A stretch of 64,000 bases of DNA from Nitrospirota bacterium (GCA_021813765.1 JAKAJM010000001.1:3230-67229); one strand, 5' to 3'. Positions 10,380 through 20,898 are shown, counted from the stretch's first letter. Translations and numbers: made by a program. Notes: generated by a model from the sequence alone, not told the origin.

Positions 10380-12641
10380 ATGACAGCATTCGATCCCGGG
10401 GGCGTCTGCAAAGGAACCAGAAAATCCCGCTATATATTTCTTGCCACGCTTATCTTTGTTGTTTTTTATTCAGTCAACGCCTCTTTCGCCGCCTGCGCTT
10501 CCAAGGCTTGTTATCGCCACCGGCCTAAAATCGGTCTTGTGCTGGGCGGCGGGGGAGCAAAGGGCGCAGCCGGTATCGGCGTGCTGAAGGTGCTTGAAAA
10601 ACTGAAGGTCCCGGTAGACTACATTGTAGGCACCAGCATGGGAGCTATCGTGGGGGCGCTCTACGCCTCGGGCCTGTCTGCCGAAGAGATCGAAAAGGAA
10701 GTGAAATCGATAAACTGGAAAGACGTCTTTTCCGGGGAGCCCAAACGCGAGGATATCGACTACCGGAGGAAAAGAGAGGATTATGAGATCCTGTCCGGTC
10801 TGCAACTGGGCATCAAGAACGGCAAGATCGTAATGCCAAAGGGTCTCATCAAGGACCAGAATGTGAACGTGCTTTTCGAGACACTTATGCTTCATACGGC
10901 AGGCATATCTGATTTTGACAAGCTTCCGATCCCCTTCCGAGCGGTTGCCGCAGACGCGGTGACCGGCAAGATGATAGTGCTCAGGAGCGGGAATCTTGCG
11001 GAAGCGGCCAGGGCGAGCATGTCCGTGCCTGGCGCTTTTCCGCCGGTAGAACTGAACGGCAGGCTGCTTATGGACGGAGGCATTGTCCGGAATCTCCCGG
11101 TGGATATTGCCCGGAAGATGGGCGCAGACATAATCATCTGCGTCGACGTGGGAAAACCGCTGAAGACCGGAAAAGAGCTTATCAGCCCCATTTCGGTCAT
11201 GAGCCAGATGATCGATATCATGATAAAAAAGAATGTTGATGCCCAGATCAAAACCCTTGGCCCAAACGATGTCTACATTCATCCGGACCTTGGGCAACTG
11301 GACTCCACGGATTTCGACAAGTCGGCCGAGATCATCCGTATCGGCGAGAAAGCCGCCATGGAAAAGATTGCGGAGCTTAAGAGATACTCCGTGTCCGATG
11401 CGGAATATGCCGCCTTTGTTGCACATCATCAGCGCAGCATGGTGAAAGAGGTGAAGATCGCCTCGGTGAAGGTCGAGGTGGTGGGCGAGACTAAAATCCC
11501 GCCGGAGGTCGTGGCAAGCAGGCTTTCCATTAAGCCCGGCGGCATCGTGGATACGGAGAAGCTTAAGAAAGAGGCGGGCATAGTGTACGGCACGGGCGAT
11601 TTCGAACGCGTGGACCTGAATGTCAAGAAGCGGGAAGACGGCTACGAGCTCCTTGTGAGAGCGAAGGAGAAGTCCTGGGGGCCAAATTACCTCCGTTTCG
11701 GGGTTGCCCTCGAAAGCGATTTTGAAGGGGGCAGCAAATACAATATACTCCTTGATTATACCAGGCGCTGGGTCGACAGCCTTGGCGCGGAGTGGAAGAC
11801 GCAGCTTAATCTGGGTTCGGTGACCGGCATCTACTCGGAGTTTTACCAGCCCCTTACCATATCACATCTTTTTTTCATATCCCCCAGCGCCCTTTGGAAA
11901 CGTGAGCTGTACGATGTCTATGCCGGCAGCCACAGGGAAGCCTCTTACAGCGTCGCAAGTTATGGCGGAGGCATCGATTTCGGTTATCAGCCCTGGATGT
12001 ATGGTGAAGCGAGACTGGGCCTTGTGTTTGGCCATTTCAGGGCAAAGGCGCAGACTGGAAGTGTTGTTTTGCCCGAGGACCATGCAACACGCGGCGCCAT
12101 TGTCGCCAGGGGGAGGCTCGATCAGCTCGATAACGTGAACTTTCCGAATAAGGGGTATGTTGCGGAGTTCAAATTCCTTTCGTCCCTACGTGCTCTTGGG
12201 TCAGATTATGCATACAATAAATTGGAGGGCGCCGTGCTGGGGGCCGAAACCTTCGGAAAGCAGACGGTCCTGGTGTCCTTGTCAGCCGGGTCCCGCATTG
12301 GCAACCCCCTGCCGTTCTATGATCCGTTCACGCTCGGGGGGTTCCTCAAGCTCTCCGGCCTGCGAACGAACCAGTTGCTTGGGCAATCAATGATGCTCTG
12401 GCGGCTGATCACTTACCGCAAGATGGGACACTCTTTCATCGGCGATTTTTATTTGGGGGGCTCGCTTGAATCCGGAAATACCTGGGAAGAAGGCCGGAAG
12501 CAGTTCGATCTCGGCAATCTCAGGCTGGCCGGAAGCCTGTTTGCTGGATACGATACAGTTTTGGGGCCCTTTTACCTTGCCTTCGGACATGCCGACGGCG
12601 GCTTCAATGCCGGGTATTTCTATCTGGGCAGGACATTCTGA
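10380..12641 (+). CDS. patatin-like phospholipase-POTRA-Omp85 barrel fusion (PlpD-like, type Vd)
   Basis: signal peptide, GGGGAKG, GTSMG, DGG; barrel motifs FTLGGFLKLSG and TVLGP, terminal YLGRTF; start 10365 or 10380. Confidence 0.88.
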   Translation: MTAFDPGGVCKGTRKSRYIFLATLIFVVFYSVNASFAACASKACYRHRPKIGLVLGGGGAKGAAGIGVLKVLEKLKVPVDYIVGTSMGAIVGALYASGLSAEEIEKEVKSINWKDVFSGEPKREDIDYRRKREDYEILSGLQLGIKNGKIVMPKGLIKDQNVNVLFETLMLHTAGISDFDKLPIPFRAVAADAVTGKMIVLRSGNLAEAARASMSVPGAFPPVELNGRLLMDGGIVRNLPVDIARKMGADIIICVDVGKPLKTGKELISPISVMSQMIDIMIKKNVDAQIKTLGPNDVYIHPDLGQLDSTDFDKSAEIIRIGEKAAMEKIAELKRYSVSDAEYAAFVAHHQRSMVKEVKIASVKVEVVGETKIPPEVVASRLSIKPGGIVDTEKLKKEAGIVYGTGDFERVDLNVKKREDGYELLVRAKEKSWGPNYLRFGVALESDFEGGSKYNILLDYTRRWVDSLGAEWKTQLNLGSVTGIYSEFYQPLTISHLFFISPSALWKRELYDVYAGSHREASYSVASYGGGIDFGYQPWMYGEARLGLVFGHFRAKAQTGSVVLPEDHATRGAIVARGRLDQLDNVNFPNKGYVAEFKFLSSLRALGSDYAYNKLEGAVLGAETFGKQTVLVSLSAGSRIGNPLPFYDPFTLGGFLKLSGLRTNQLLGQSMMLWRLITYRKMGHSFIGDFYLGGSLESGNTWEEGRKQFDLGNLRLAGSLFAGYDTVLGPFYLAFGHADGGFNAGYFYLGRTF

Positions 12642-12657
12642 ACAGGTCTTGCTCCGG

Positions 12658-12827
12658 CTAGTGTGGCGTTTCAAAAATAACTGTCATAATTCTGTCATTC
12701 CGGCCGGATTTATTCTGATTGCGGATAAAAACGGGCGGAATCGGCCTTAAAGGACAGATTCACGACGCGCTACGCTTGCGGGAATGACAATAAATTAATG
12801 CTAAAAACTTTTGAAACACCTCACTAG
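12658..12827. mobile_element. MITE-like element, family A
   Basis: CTAG-TGTGGCGTTTCAAAAA...TTTTGAAACACCTCA-CTAG ends; internal GTCATTCC/GGGAATGAC palindromes; homologous to 25622 and 54652. Confidence 0.8.
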
Positions 12828-12869
12828 CGCTTTTATTTGAACGGGAATTGTGAATCCCGCTCCACCTGG

Positions 12870-13736
12870 TCAGAGGTGCAGAAGCCTGTCTACCTTTATG
12901 AGCCCCCTGAAGGCCTCCCCGATGCCCAGAAGCTTTCCGCCGGGGGCCTTTATCCTTACACTCCCTGAAATGGACAGGCGTGTCCTGAAAGAGGCTCCGT
13001 TTTGTATCCTTTTCAAATCCCGGCCGTCTGTCTGAACCTCTTCAAGAAAGCCCAGGGCCCGGTCTATCTCAAGGAGCGCGGCGGGTGCTGTGAGCGCGCC
13101 CTCAGGGCCCAGCTCCTCCGGAAGGGCGGAGTCTTTTACGTCAAAAGGCCCTATCGCCGTCCTCCTCAGGCTTGCGACGTGGGCGAAGGTACCCATTTTA
13201 ATGCCGATGTCATCAGCAAGGGTCCTTATGTAGGTCCCTTTCGAGCAGGACACCAGAAGCCTGGCAAAAGGCGGCTCGTAGTGAAGCAGCCTTAGCTCGC
13301 TTATCTCCACCTCCCGCTCCTCGCGGGCAACCTCTATCCCCTGCCTGGCCAGCTCGTAAAGCGGCTTGCCGTCCTTCTTAAGCGCGGAATACATTGGCGG
13401 CATCTGCCTGGTCCTGCCAAGGAAAAGCGAAAGAGTTTCCTCAAGGGCGGCGCGGTCCACGTCCGCGCTGCCAGTGCCGGTAATGGCGCCGCAGGCGTCG
13501 AAGGTGTCCGTCCGCTGGCCAAATTTTATGGTGGTCTCGTATTTTTTGGGAAGGTCGAGAAGGAAACGGCTGACCTTTGTTGCCTCGCCGGTGCAGACGA
13601 TCAGAAGCCCGGTTGCCAGGGGATCGAGCGTGCCCGTATGGCCTGCCTTTTTGATGCCCATGCGCCTTTTTACAAGGCTTACCGCCTGCTGCGAGGTAAG
13701 CCCTTCTGTTTTGTCCAGCAAGATGACCTTATTCAT
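12870..13736 (-). CDS. truB: tRNA pseudouridine(55) synthase
   Basis: LLDK, GHTGTLDPLATG, PPMYSALK, CSKGTYIRTL. Confidence 0.96.
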   Translation of the reverse strand: MNKVILLDKTEGLTSQQAVSLVKRRMGIKKAGHTGTLDPLATGLLIVCTGEATKVSRFLLDLPKKYETTIKFGQRTDTFDACGAITGTGSADVDRAALEETLSLFLGRTRQMPPMYSALKKDGKPLYELARQGIEVAREEREVEISELRLLHYEPPFARLLVSCSKGTYIRTLADDIGIKMGTFAHVASLRRTAIGPFDVKDSALPEELGPEGALTAPAALLEIDRALGFLEEVQTDGRDLKRIQNGASFRTRLSISGSVRIKAPGGKLLGIGEAFRGLIKVDRLLHL

Positions 13737-13803
13737 GGTGGAGCCCATTATTTTACACAAAGCGGACAGGGTGAATCAAAAGAGGCAGGAAGCGGCCGGG
13801 TTT

Positions 13804-14460
13804 TCAGGCCTTTTTCTTTTTGGGCACTTTCTGCCAGTCCTTCAGGAACTTGTCCATCCCCGCGTCGGTCAGAGGGTGCCTGGTGAGCTGCTTGATGACC
13901 GAAAACGGGATGGTGGCCACATGCGCGCCCAGCCTTGCGGACTCTACCACGTGCATGGGGTTTCTGATGCTAGCAACGATCACCTGGGTATCGAACATGT
14001 AATTTTCGAGGATCGTCATTATGTCTGCGATAAGCTCCATGCCGGTCTGGCTGATGTCGTCAAGTCTGCCTACAAACGGGCTTATGTAGGTTGCTCCGGC
14101 CTTTGCGGCAAGAAGCGCCTGGGTGGGGGAGAATACTAGCGTCACGTTTGTCTTTATGCCAAGGGAAGAGAGTTTTTTTACTGCCTTAAGCCCTTCCTCC
14201 GTCATGGGTATCTTGACCACGATGTTCTTTGCGATGGCCGCAAGCGACCTGGCCTCCTTCACCATGCCCTCCGCGTCGAGCGCCACGACCTCCGCGCTCA
14301 CCGGCCCCTTCGCCACCCGGCAGATCTCCTTCAGGAGCCCGAAAGGTTCGCGGTTTTCCTTGCTGATCAAGCTCGGGTTGGTGGTGACCCCGTCAACCAC
14401 GCCCATGCTCCATGCCTCTTTTATCTCATTCAGATTTGCCGTATCGATGAATATCTTCAT
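13804..14460 (-). CDS. tal: transaldolase (fructose-6-phosphate aldolase subfamily)
   Basis: [41 protein letters not shown]. Confidence 0.93.
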   Translation of the reverse strand: MKIFIDTANLNEIKEAWSMGVVDGVTTNPSLISKENREPFGLLKEICRVAKGPVSAEVVALDAEGMVKEARSLAAIAKNIVVKIPMTEEGLKAVKKLSSLGIKTNVTLVFSPTQALLAAKAGATYISPFVGRLDDISQTGMELIADIMTILENYMFDTQVIVASIRNPMHVVESARLGAHVATIPFSVIKQLTRHPLTDAGMDKFLKDWQKVPKKKKA

Positions 14461-14574
14461 AAAGCCGACTTCCCCCTGTTAAAAAACTTTTTTACGAGTT
14501 TTTATTTTGTTTTTTGTGCGTTATTATAGCAAAAAACCGGTGACCGGTTTTGTTTTTTGCCGCGGCAAAAAAAC

Positions 14575-15882
14575 TTATCCGGCCATTTTTTCATTGCTGC
14601 CTGCGGCAGGTATTGCCTTCTCTACGATCTCAAGTATGTGCGCCGTCTTTATCCCGGCGCTTTCAAGCTGTATCCTGCAGCCGGGGCAGGATGTGACAAC
14701 AACGCCTGCGCCCTCGTAAGCCTTCACCCTCTTTGAAAGGAGCTCCCGCGAGATTTCCTTGTCCGTAAGGAAGGACCCGAAACCGCAGCAGCCTTCCTCT
14801 TCTGGCCTTTCGATATTCAGGAGCCTTAAAAAGGGTTCCGCGCTGGAGCCAAGACCGTATTTAAGGTGGCATGGCTCGTGCCAGACAAGGCGGACGCCCG
14901 CTTCCGGTTCCAGCTTGAGCCTGCCCGGGAAAAGCAGAAATTCGGCCGCGTCAACGGCGTTTTCCACGCAGCCTCCCGCAAGCTCCGGATAGCGCTTTTT
15001 AATCATGTACACGCAGGTGGAGCAGGGGCTCACCACCGCCTCGACGTTCAGCTTTCCGAAGATCTCCAGGTTTTTAACCGCGGACTTCCTGGCCTCGCCC
15101 TCAAGGCCAAGGCCACGGAGCGGCATCCCGCAGCATACCTCGCCGCCTGGCAGGACAACCTCGTATCCCGCGGCAACCAGCATGCCTATAAGGTCCTCTC
15201 CGGTCTCCGGCATCAGGTAATTGGCCGAACATCCGGCAAAGACCGCCACCCTGCCAACCGCCTTCCTTGGGGTTATCACCTGGTGTCCGCTTTTGAGCTG
15301 GCGTGCCGGAAGCCTCAGCCCTTCCGGAAAGCGTGGCGCCAGCTTTTTAAGGATGTTGTGCTTAAGTCCGGTTATGAACCGTGCGGCGCTCATGCCCATG
15401 GCAGGCCTGCTCAGGCCCGCACGCAGGGCCGTGCGGGTGAGAAGCCTCCTGGAATCCAGCTTCCTCAGGACATCGCGCGCCCTGTAGATGGACGTTGTGG
15501 GTCTGATGCCAACCGGGCAGGACACATCGCACCGCCCGCAGAGCGTGCAGGAAAATATCCGCCCCAAAAGCCCTTCCGTGGGCTGCGCGTCGCCCCGGGC
15601 AAGCCCCCGCAGGAGCATGAGCCTTCCCCTCGGGGAGAAGGCCTCATTGCCTGTAAGCTCGTATACGGGACAGCGCGCCTTGCAACTGCCGCAGCGGGCG
15701 CAGTCTTCAAGTCCAGGGCCCTCCGGGTTTGCCGCAAGCAGACGCTCGATCGCTCCCGGCTCCAGGTCCCTGCCCAGGGAATTTCCCTCAAGGAGCTTGC
15801 CCAAAAGCCCTTCTCCAAGCTCTTTCACGGACGCGGCAAGCGCCCTGGCCCTTTTGCCCGCGTCCTCACTTATTTTTTTCAT
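14575..15882 (-). CDS. GlcF/HdrD-like Fe-S protein (two 4Fe-4S motifs plus CCG domains)
   Basis: CARCGSCKARCP, CTLCGRCDVSCP, FAGC, CCG, HEPCHL, TSCPGC. Confidence 0.88.
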   Translation of the reverse strand: MKKISEDAGKRARALAASVKELGEGLLGKLLEGNSLGRDLEPGAIERLLAANPEGPGLEDCARCGSCKARCPVYELTGNEAFSPRGRLMLLRGLARGDAQPTEGLLGRIFSCTLCGRCDVSCPVGIRPTTSIYRARDVLRKLDSRRLLTRTALRAGLSRPAMGMSAARFITGLKHNILKKLAPRFPEGLRLPARQLKSGHQVITPRKAVGRVAVFAGCSANYLMPETGEDLIGMLVAAGYEVVLPGGEVCCGMPLRGLGLEGEARKSAVKNLEIFGKLNVEAVVSPCSTCVYMIKKRYPELAGGCVENAVDAAEFLLFPGRLKLEPEAGVRLVWHEPCHLKYGLGSSAEPFLRLLNIERPEEEGCCGFGSFLTDKEISRELLSKRVKAYEGAGVVVTSCPGCRIQLESAGIKTAHILEIVEKAIPAAGSNEKMAG

Positions 15883-15910
15883 ATTAAGCGGACCAAAAAA
15901 ATTAAAATTC

Positions 15911-16741
15911 TTATCCCCGTTCTTTCTTGAAACTATCTGTCTCGTGGTTCAGGCTTCCGCTCCTGAACCCCTCCAGGTCCAGGCAAACGAACCTGAAATG
16001 CTCTTTGAGAGCAGCCACTATCTCCTGCCTGGCCGAAAGCGCCAGGGCGAAGTCTGCCTGGCCTGCCTCGATCCTTGCCACATCCCCGTGGTCCCTGACA
16101 CGGAACTCCCTTAGCCCAAGCCTCCTCAGTGCCTCCTCGGAAAGGGCGATCCTTTTCAGCCCTGCCTCTGTCACGGGCGTGCCGTAGGGCACCCTGGAGG
16201 CAAGGCACGGGGAAGACGGCCTGTCCCAGGTGCAAAGGCCAAGCTCCCTGGAAAGACGCCTTATCTGCTCTTTGCCAAGCCCGGCTTCAAGAAGAGGGCT
16301 CCTCACACCGTGCTCCCGCGCGGCCTTCATGCCGGGCCTGAAATCCTTAAGGTCGTCCGCGGTGCTCCCGTCTATCACGCACCCGAATCCCTCCCTGCGC
16401 GCAATATCAGCCAGGGCGCTGAATAGCTCGGACTTGCAGTAATAGCACCTGTCCGGCGGGTTTTCGGAGTAGCCGGGGTTTTCAAGCTCGCGCGTCTTTA
16501 TGAGCCTGTGCGGGATGCCTATCACGGAGGCCATCTCGAGGGCGGTCTGCACGTCCCATTTGGGGTGTGACGGGGAGGCCGAGGTCACGGCAAGGGCTTT
16601 TATGCCGGAGAGCTTCACCGCTTTCAGTAAAAAGGTGCTGTCCACGCCGCCTGAGAAGGCGACCACGGCGCTTTCAAGGCCCTTGAGCAACCCGGTCAGA
16701 CGGTCCAGATGCGGATCTGAAAAAAGCTTGTCCAAAAACAA
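15911..16741 (-). CDS. larE: ATP-dependent sulfur insertase LarE
   Basis: SGGVDS PP-loop, RCYYCK, RPG, SPLL, PCLASRVPYG; exact start uncertain. Confidence 0.9.
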   Translation of the reverse strand: MFLDKLFSDPHLDRLTGLLKGLESAVVAFSGGVDSTFLLKAVKLSGIKALAVTSASPSHPKWDVQTALEMASVIGIPHRLIKTRELENPGYSENPPDRCYYCKSELFSALADIARREGFGCVIDGSTADDLKDFRPGMKAAREHGVRSPLLEAGLGKEQIRRLSRELGLCTWDRPSSPCLASRVPYGTPVTEAGLKRIALSEEALRRLGLREFRVRDHGDVARIEAGQADFALALSARQEIVAALKEHFRFVCLDLEGFRSGSLNHETDSFKKERG

Positions 16742-16770
16742 AACAAAAAGTCCTTTTCTGTTTCTTTCTA

Positions 16771-18279
16771 TCAGAGCGCCGTTATCTCATAGTTTTCCTG
16801 GTGCAGCGCCGGGTCTTCGTTAATGGTCACTTCAAGCCCGTAGGCCTTCTCTATCTCCTCCAGTTTCTGCTGCTCCTCATCCAGAAGCAGCTCCGCCACC
16901 TGCGGGTGCGCGGTTATCACTATGTGCTTGAGCCCGTGCTTCGCCATGCGCTCCGCCTTTCTGAATATCTCGTAGCAAAGGGTGGTGACGGACCTTATTG
17001 TGCCCTTGCCCTCGCAGTAGGGGCAGGACTCAAGGAGGGTCCGGACAAGGCTCTCCCTTACCCGCTTTCTCGTCATCTGGATGAGGCCGAGCTCCGTTAT
17101 CTGGGAGATGGTGCTCTTTGTGCGGTCTTTTTTCATCGCTTCCTGGAGCGCGCAAAAAACCTTCTGCCTGTTTTCGGCCAGCTCCATGTCTATGAAATCG
17201 ACGATTATTATCCCTCCAAGGTTCCTGAGCCTTATCTGGTATGCTATCTCCTTTACCGCCTCCAGGTTGGTGCGCAGGATGGTGTCCTCAAGGTCCTGCT
17301 TGCCTACATATTTGCCGGTGTTTACGTCTATTACGGACATGGCTTCCGTCTGGTCTATCACGATGTAGCCGCCGGATTTAAGCCATATCCTTCTGCCAAG
17401 GGCCCTCGATATGTCCGCCTCTATGCCGTAGCCTTCAAAGAGCGGCTCGTCCCCCTCGTACAGGTCTATCTTGCCCAGGAGCTTGGGGAAGTAGCTCTGG
17501 ACGAAGTTTTTGACCTCCAGGTATTTTTTCTCTGAATCTATGACCATCTCGTCAACGCCGCTTCCCATGAGGTCCCGCACGCTCCTCAGGACCAGGTCCA
17601 GGTCGCCATGCACCAGCGACGGCGCGCTGCACTTCTCGTTCTTCCTGACCACGCTTTCCCAAAGGCTTATGAGGAAATCGAGGTCCTTCTGGAGGTCTTC
17701 CCTGGCCGCCCCCTCGCTTGCGGTCCGCACGATGAGGCCAAAATTCTTAGGCCTTATCGCCTCCACTATCTCCCGCAGCCGCGAGCGCTCCTGCTCGTCC
17801 TCTATCCTGCGCGAAAGGCCTATGTGCTCCAGGTTGGGCATCAGCACCAGGTACCTGCCCGGAAGCGTCACATAGGACGTAACACGCGCCCCCTTGCTGC
17901 CTATGGGATTTTTGGAGACCTGCACCAGGATGTCCTGCCCCTCATGCAGGAGCTCCTCTATATGGAGCTCATGCCGCTTGCCTTGGAGGAAATCGAGCCC
18001 GGAGAAGTTCTCGTCCTCGAACATGAGCGCGTAGTCCTCCACTATGTCGGTGCGTATGTCTGTAACGTAAAGAAAGGCGGCCTTCTCCAGGCCGATGTCC
18101 ACAAAGGCGCTCCTCATGCCAGGCAGGATGCGCAGGACCTTTCCCTTGTAAATGTTCCCGGCCAGGCTCGCGTTCTTTCTGCGCTCCACGTATACCTCCA
18201 CGACCTGCCCTCCCTCAAGAAGCGCAAGACGCGTCTCATGCCCGGTAACGTTCACAAGTATGCTGTTTAATCCGCTCAT
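16771..18279 (-). CDS. rng: ribonuclease G (Rne/Rng family)
   Basis: GNIYKGKV S1 domain, IDVNTG, LRNLGGIIIVDFIDM, CPYCEG zinc link. Confidence 0.93.
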   Translation of the reverse strand: MSGLNSILVNVTGHETRLALLEGGQVVEVYVERRKNASLAGNIYKGKVLRILPGMRSAFVDIGLEKAAFLYVTDIRTDIVEDYALMFEDENFSGLDFLQGKRHELHIEELLHEGQDILVQVSKNPIGSKGARVTSYVTLPGRYLVLMPNLEHIGLSRRIEDEQERSRLREIVEAIRPKNFGLIVRTASEGAAREDLQKDLDFLISLWESVVRKNEKCSAPSLVHGDLDLVLRSVRDLMGSGVDEMVIDSEKKYLEVKNFVQSYFPKLLGKIDLYEGDEPLFEGYGIEADISRALGRRIWLKSGGYIVIDQTEAMSVIDVNTGKYVGKQDLEDTILRTNLEAVKEIAYQIRLRNLGGIIIVDFIDMELAENRQKVFCALQEAMKKDRTKSTISQITELGLIQMTRKRVRESLVRTLLESCPYCEGKGTIRSVTTLCYEIFRKAERMAKHGLKHIVITAHPQVAELLLDEEQQKLEEIEKAYGLEVTINEDPALHQENYEITAL

Positions 18280-18288
18280 CTGCCTCTT

Positions 18289-20898
18289 TTAATGTCCCTT
18301 TTCTCCAGGTGTTTTTTCCGGGCGGCCTGGTCTGGCTGAGAAGAAAAAATCCATTGGCGATATGAGGGCCCCGCCGCTTTCACCAAACATCCCCGTCCTG
18401 GTGGCCACGGCCTGGCCAGAGCCCGCATCGAACATGGCGGACAGGACCTCCTCCAGCCGCGCCTTTGGGCCCTCATGGCAGTCCCTTAGCCAAAGCTCAA
18501 CGCCTTTGTCCAGCGCATCCGCCCGTTCGACCATGCGCCTTATATCCACCTTCCTGGTTTGCCCGTCTTCCCTGTCTCCGCCCTTCTTTTTTTTTCTCTT
18601 TATGTCTTTCCTGTCTTTTTTCCCGTCTTCCCTTTTATCTTCCCGTTCCACAAAATGCTCGCTTTTGGCCATGAACCGGGCGGCCATGGAGCGGTCAACG
18701 CCTATTATCTCATAAACATAAACGGTTATGAAGCTTTGAAGCGACTGCGCCCCTTCGGGAAGCGGCGCCGCGGCCGTAACCGCCATCCCCCGGGGGAGCT
18801 CCGCATTAAGAAGCCCCATCACCGCGGCGGGAGGGGTGTACTGCGACAGCGTCATGTCCAGGTATTCCCGCGTTCCCTGCACGCCCACTCCAAGCGGAGG
18901 CCCGAAAGACACCTTTGGGGCCGGATGGAACCCCTCCGAGTATTCAAGCGGAAGCCCCGCGCGCCTCATGGCGCGCGCCATGGCGGTCATCAGCTCCCGG
19001 TGGGAAAGGCACCCGAGGGGGTCCGTTTTCGAAAACTCAAGCCTCAGTCTGAAAGGATTTTTTACATTTATTTTTTGCGGGGGCAAACAAAGACCTTCCG
19101 CCGCCACGTCCGGCAGCGGCGCGCCCGCGTTGTCCGTTCCATCAGCCTGGCCGCAGGAAAGCCCGCAGGCGGCGCATTTTCCCCTGCAGTCGGGTGTTTT
19201 TGTTTTTGTATTTCCCTCGTTCTCTTCCCCTCCCGTTGCCTTCCGGTACTCGCTTATAAAGAACGGCTCCTTGATGCCTGTATCTATGTGCCCCCATGGC
19301 AGTGCGCAGCCAGGCTCGAATGTCCTTTGGGCGAAGGTGGCGATATCTATGCCGGTCTCCTCCTGGGCGCCGGTCCATGCGTCATGATTGAAGACATCGC
19401 TCCAGGCGTCCAGTCTTGCCCCGCGCCGGCAGGCCGCAAGAAGCAGGGCCGAAAGCCTTTCGTCTCCCCTGGCGAAGGCGGCCTCAAGAAGGCTCAGTCT
19501 CTCATCATGTCCTTTAATGTTCACCCTTCCGCCGCGGAAGGAGTTCCTTAAAAAGTCTTTTTTCCTTGTGAGCCCCTCCACGCTCTCCTGTCCGAACCAC
19601 TGAAAAGGCGTATGCGGCTTTGGCACGAAGCTTGATACGCTCACTGTTATGTTTGCTCCACGGCTGGCGTGCTTTTTTGCGGCCCGGAGCGCCTTCATGG
19701 CCATCGCCGGGATGGCCGCAACGTCCTCGTCGGTCTCGGTCGGCAGGCCTATCATGTAATAGAGCTTCAGGTTGAGCCACCCTTCCCTGAAGAGGGTGTC
19801 CACGGCCCGCTCGTAATCTTCCTCCTCGAAGTCCTTGTTTATGACAAGGCGCAGCCTGGCGGTGGCGGCCTCGGGGGCGATGGTAAAACCTGTCTTCCTT
19901 ACCGTCTTTATCTCCCGGAGCACATCCGCGTTTACCGCCTTTACGCGAAGCGAGGGCAGGGAGACGGCATAATTTCTGCCTGAAAAACGCTTGTTGAACT
20001 CCCGGATAAGGGGCAGAAGCCCGCTATAGTCCCCGGCGCTAAGGGAGGTGAAGGAGACCTCCTCGTGCCCCGTTGCCGCAAGCGCCTGGCCCGCGAGCCT
20101 TATCACGGTCTGGGGGGTCCGCTCCCTGAGCGGCCGGTAGATCATGCCGGCCTGGCAAAAGCGGCACCCCATCGTGCAGCCGCGTGAAACCTCCACGTTT
20201 ACCCGGTCATGCACAGGCTGCGCATAAGGCACAACAGGGCGGACCGGGTAAGGGGCGTCTTCCAGTGAAGATATTATCCTCCGCTTTGTCCTGCCTTTGG
20301 ATACGGAAGGCACGTAAACCCCTTCGATGTCCGCAAGCATTTCGAGGACAGACGCCTTTTTGCGGTCCCCCTCCGTTTTCCACCTGTAGACCGCCTCCAG
20401 CATCTGCGGCACGGCCTCCTCGCCGTCTCCCACCAGGAAGGCGTCCATGAACGGGGCCACCGGGGCGGGGTTTACAGCGGAGGGCCCTCCGGCGATCACC
20501 AGCGGGTGGTTTTTTTTGTCCGTCCTTTCCCTGCTTTCAAGCGGCAGCCCTGCCAGCCGCAGCATGCTTAGCACCGAGGTGTAGGAAAGCTCGTATTGAA
20601 GGCTGAAGCCTATGACGTCAAAACCGGCAAGCGGCCTGCCGCTTTCAATTGAGCCAAGCGGCACGGAGTTTTCCCGGAGATAGGCCTCAAGGTCCAGCCA
20701 CGGGTGAAAAACCCTCTCTGCGGAGGCATACGGCAGGCGGTTGATTATATCGTAAAGGACTTTCAGCCCCAGGTGGGACATGCCCACTTCGTAGAGGTCC
20801 GGGAAGGCCAGCGCCACCCTGACGGGGGCGTCCTTCTGCACCGCATTGACCTCTTTTCCCATATACCTGGAGGGTTTCAGGAACCTTTGGAGACGCAT
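18289..20898 (-). CDS. TIGR03960 radical SAM protein fused to a TIGR03936/DUF2344 domain
   Basis: KPSRY, FPDLYEVGMSHLG, CTMGCRFC, FVPKPHTPFQW; C-terminal SHRELM...YSEGFHPAP. Confidence 0.9.
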   Translation of the reverse strand: MRLQRFLKPSRYMGKEVNAVQKDAPVRVALAFPDLYEVGMSHLGLKVLYDIINRLPYASAERVFHPWLDLEAYLRENSVPLGSIESGRPLAGFDVIGFSLQYELSYTSVLSMLRLAGLPLESRERTDKKNHPLVIAGGPSAVNPAPVAPFMDAFLVGDGEEAVPQMLEAVYRWKTEGDRKKASVLEMLADIEGVYVPSVSKGRTKRRIISSLEDAPYPVRPVVPYAQPVHDRVNVEVSRGCTMGCRFCQAGMIYRPLRERTPQTVIRLAGQALAATGHEEVSFTSLSAGDYSGLLPLIREFNKRFSGRNYAVSLPSLRVKAVNADVLREIKTVRKTGFTIAPEAATARLRLVINKDFEEEDYERAVDTLFREGWLNLKLYYMIGLPTETDEDVAAIPAMAMKALRAAKKHASRGANITVSVSSFVPKPHTPFQWFGQESVEGLTRKKDFLRNSFRGGRVNIKGHDERLSLLEAAFARGDERLSALLLAACRRGARLDAWSDVFNHDAWTGAQEETGIDIATFAQRTFEPGCALPWGHIDTGIKEPFFISEYRKATGGEENEGNTKTKTPDCRGKCAACGLSCGQADGTDNAGAPLPDVAAEGLCLPPQKINVKNPFRLRLEFSKTDPLGCLSHRELMTAMARAMRRAGLPLEYSEGFHPAPKVSFGPPLGVGVQGTREYLDMTLSQYTPPAAVMGLLNAELPRGMAVTAAAPLPEGAQSLQSFITVYVYEIIGVDRSMAARFMAKSEHFVEREDKREDGKKDRKDIKRKKKKGGDREDGQTRKVDIRRMVERADALDKGVELWLRDCHEGPKARLEEVLSAMFDAGSGQAVATRTGMFGESGGALISPMDFFFSARPGRPEKTPGEKGH

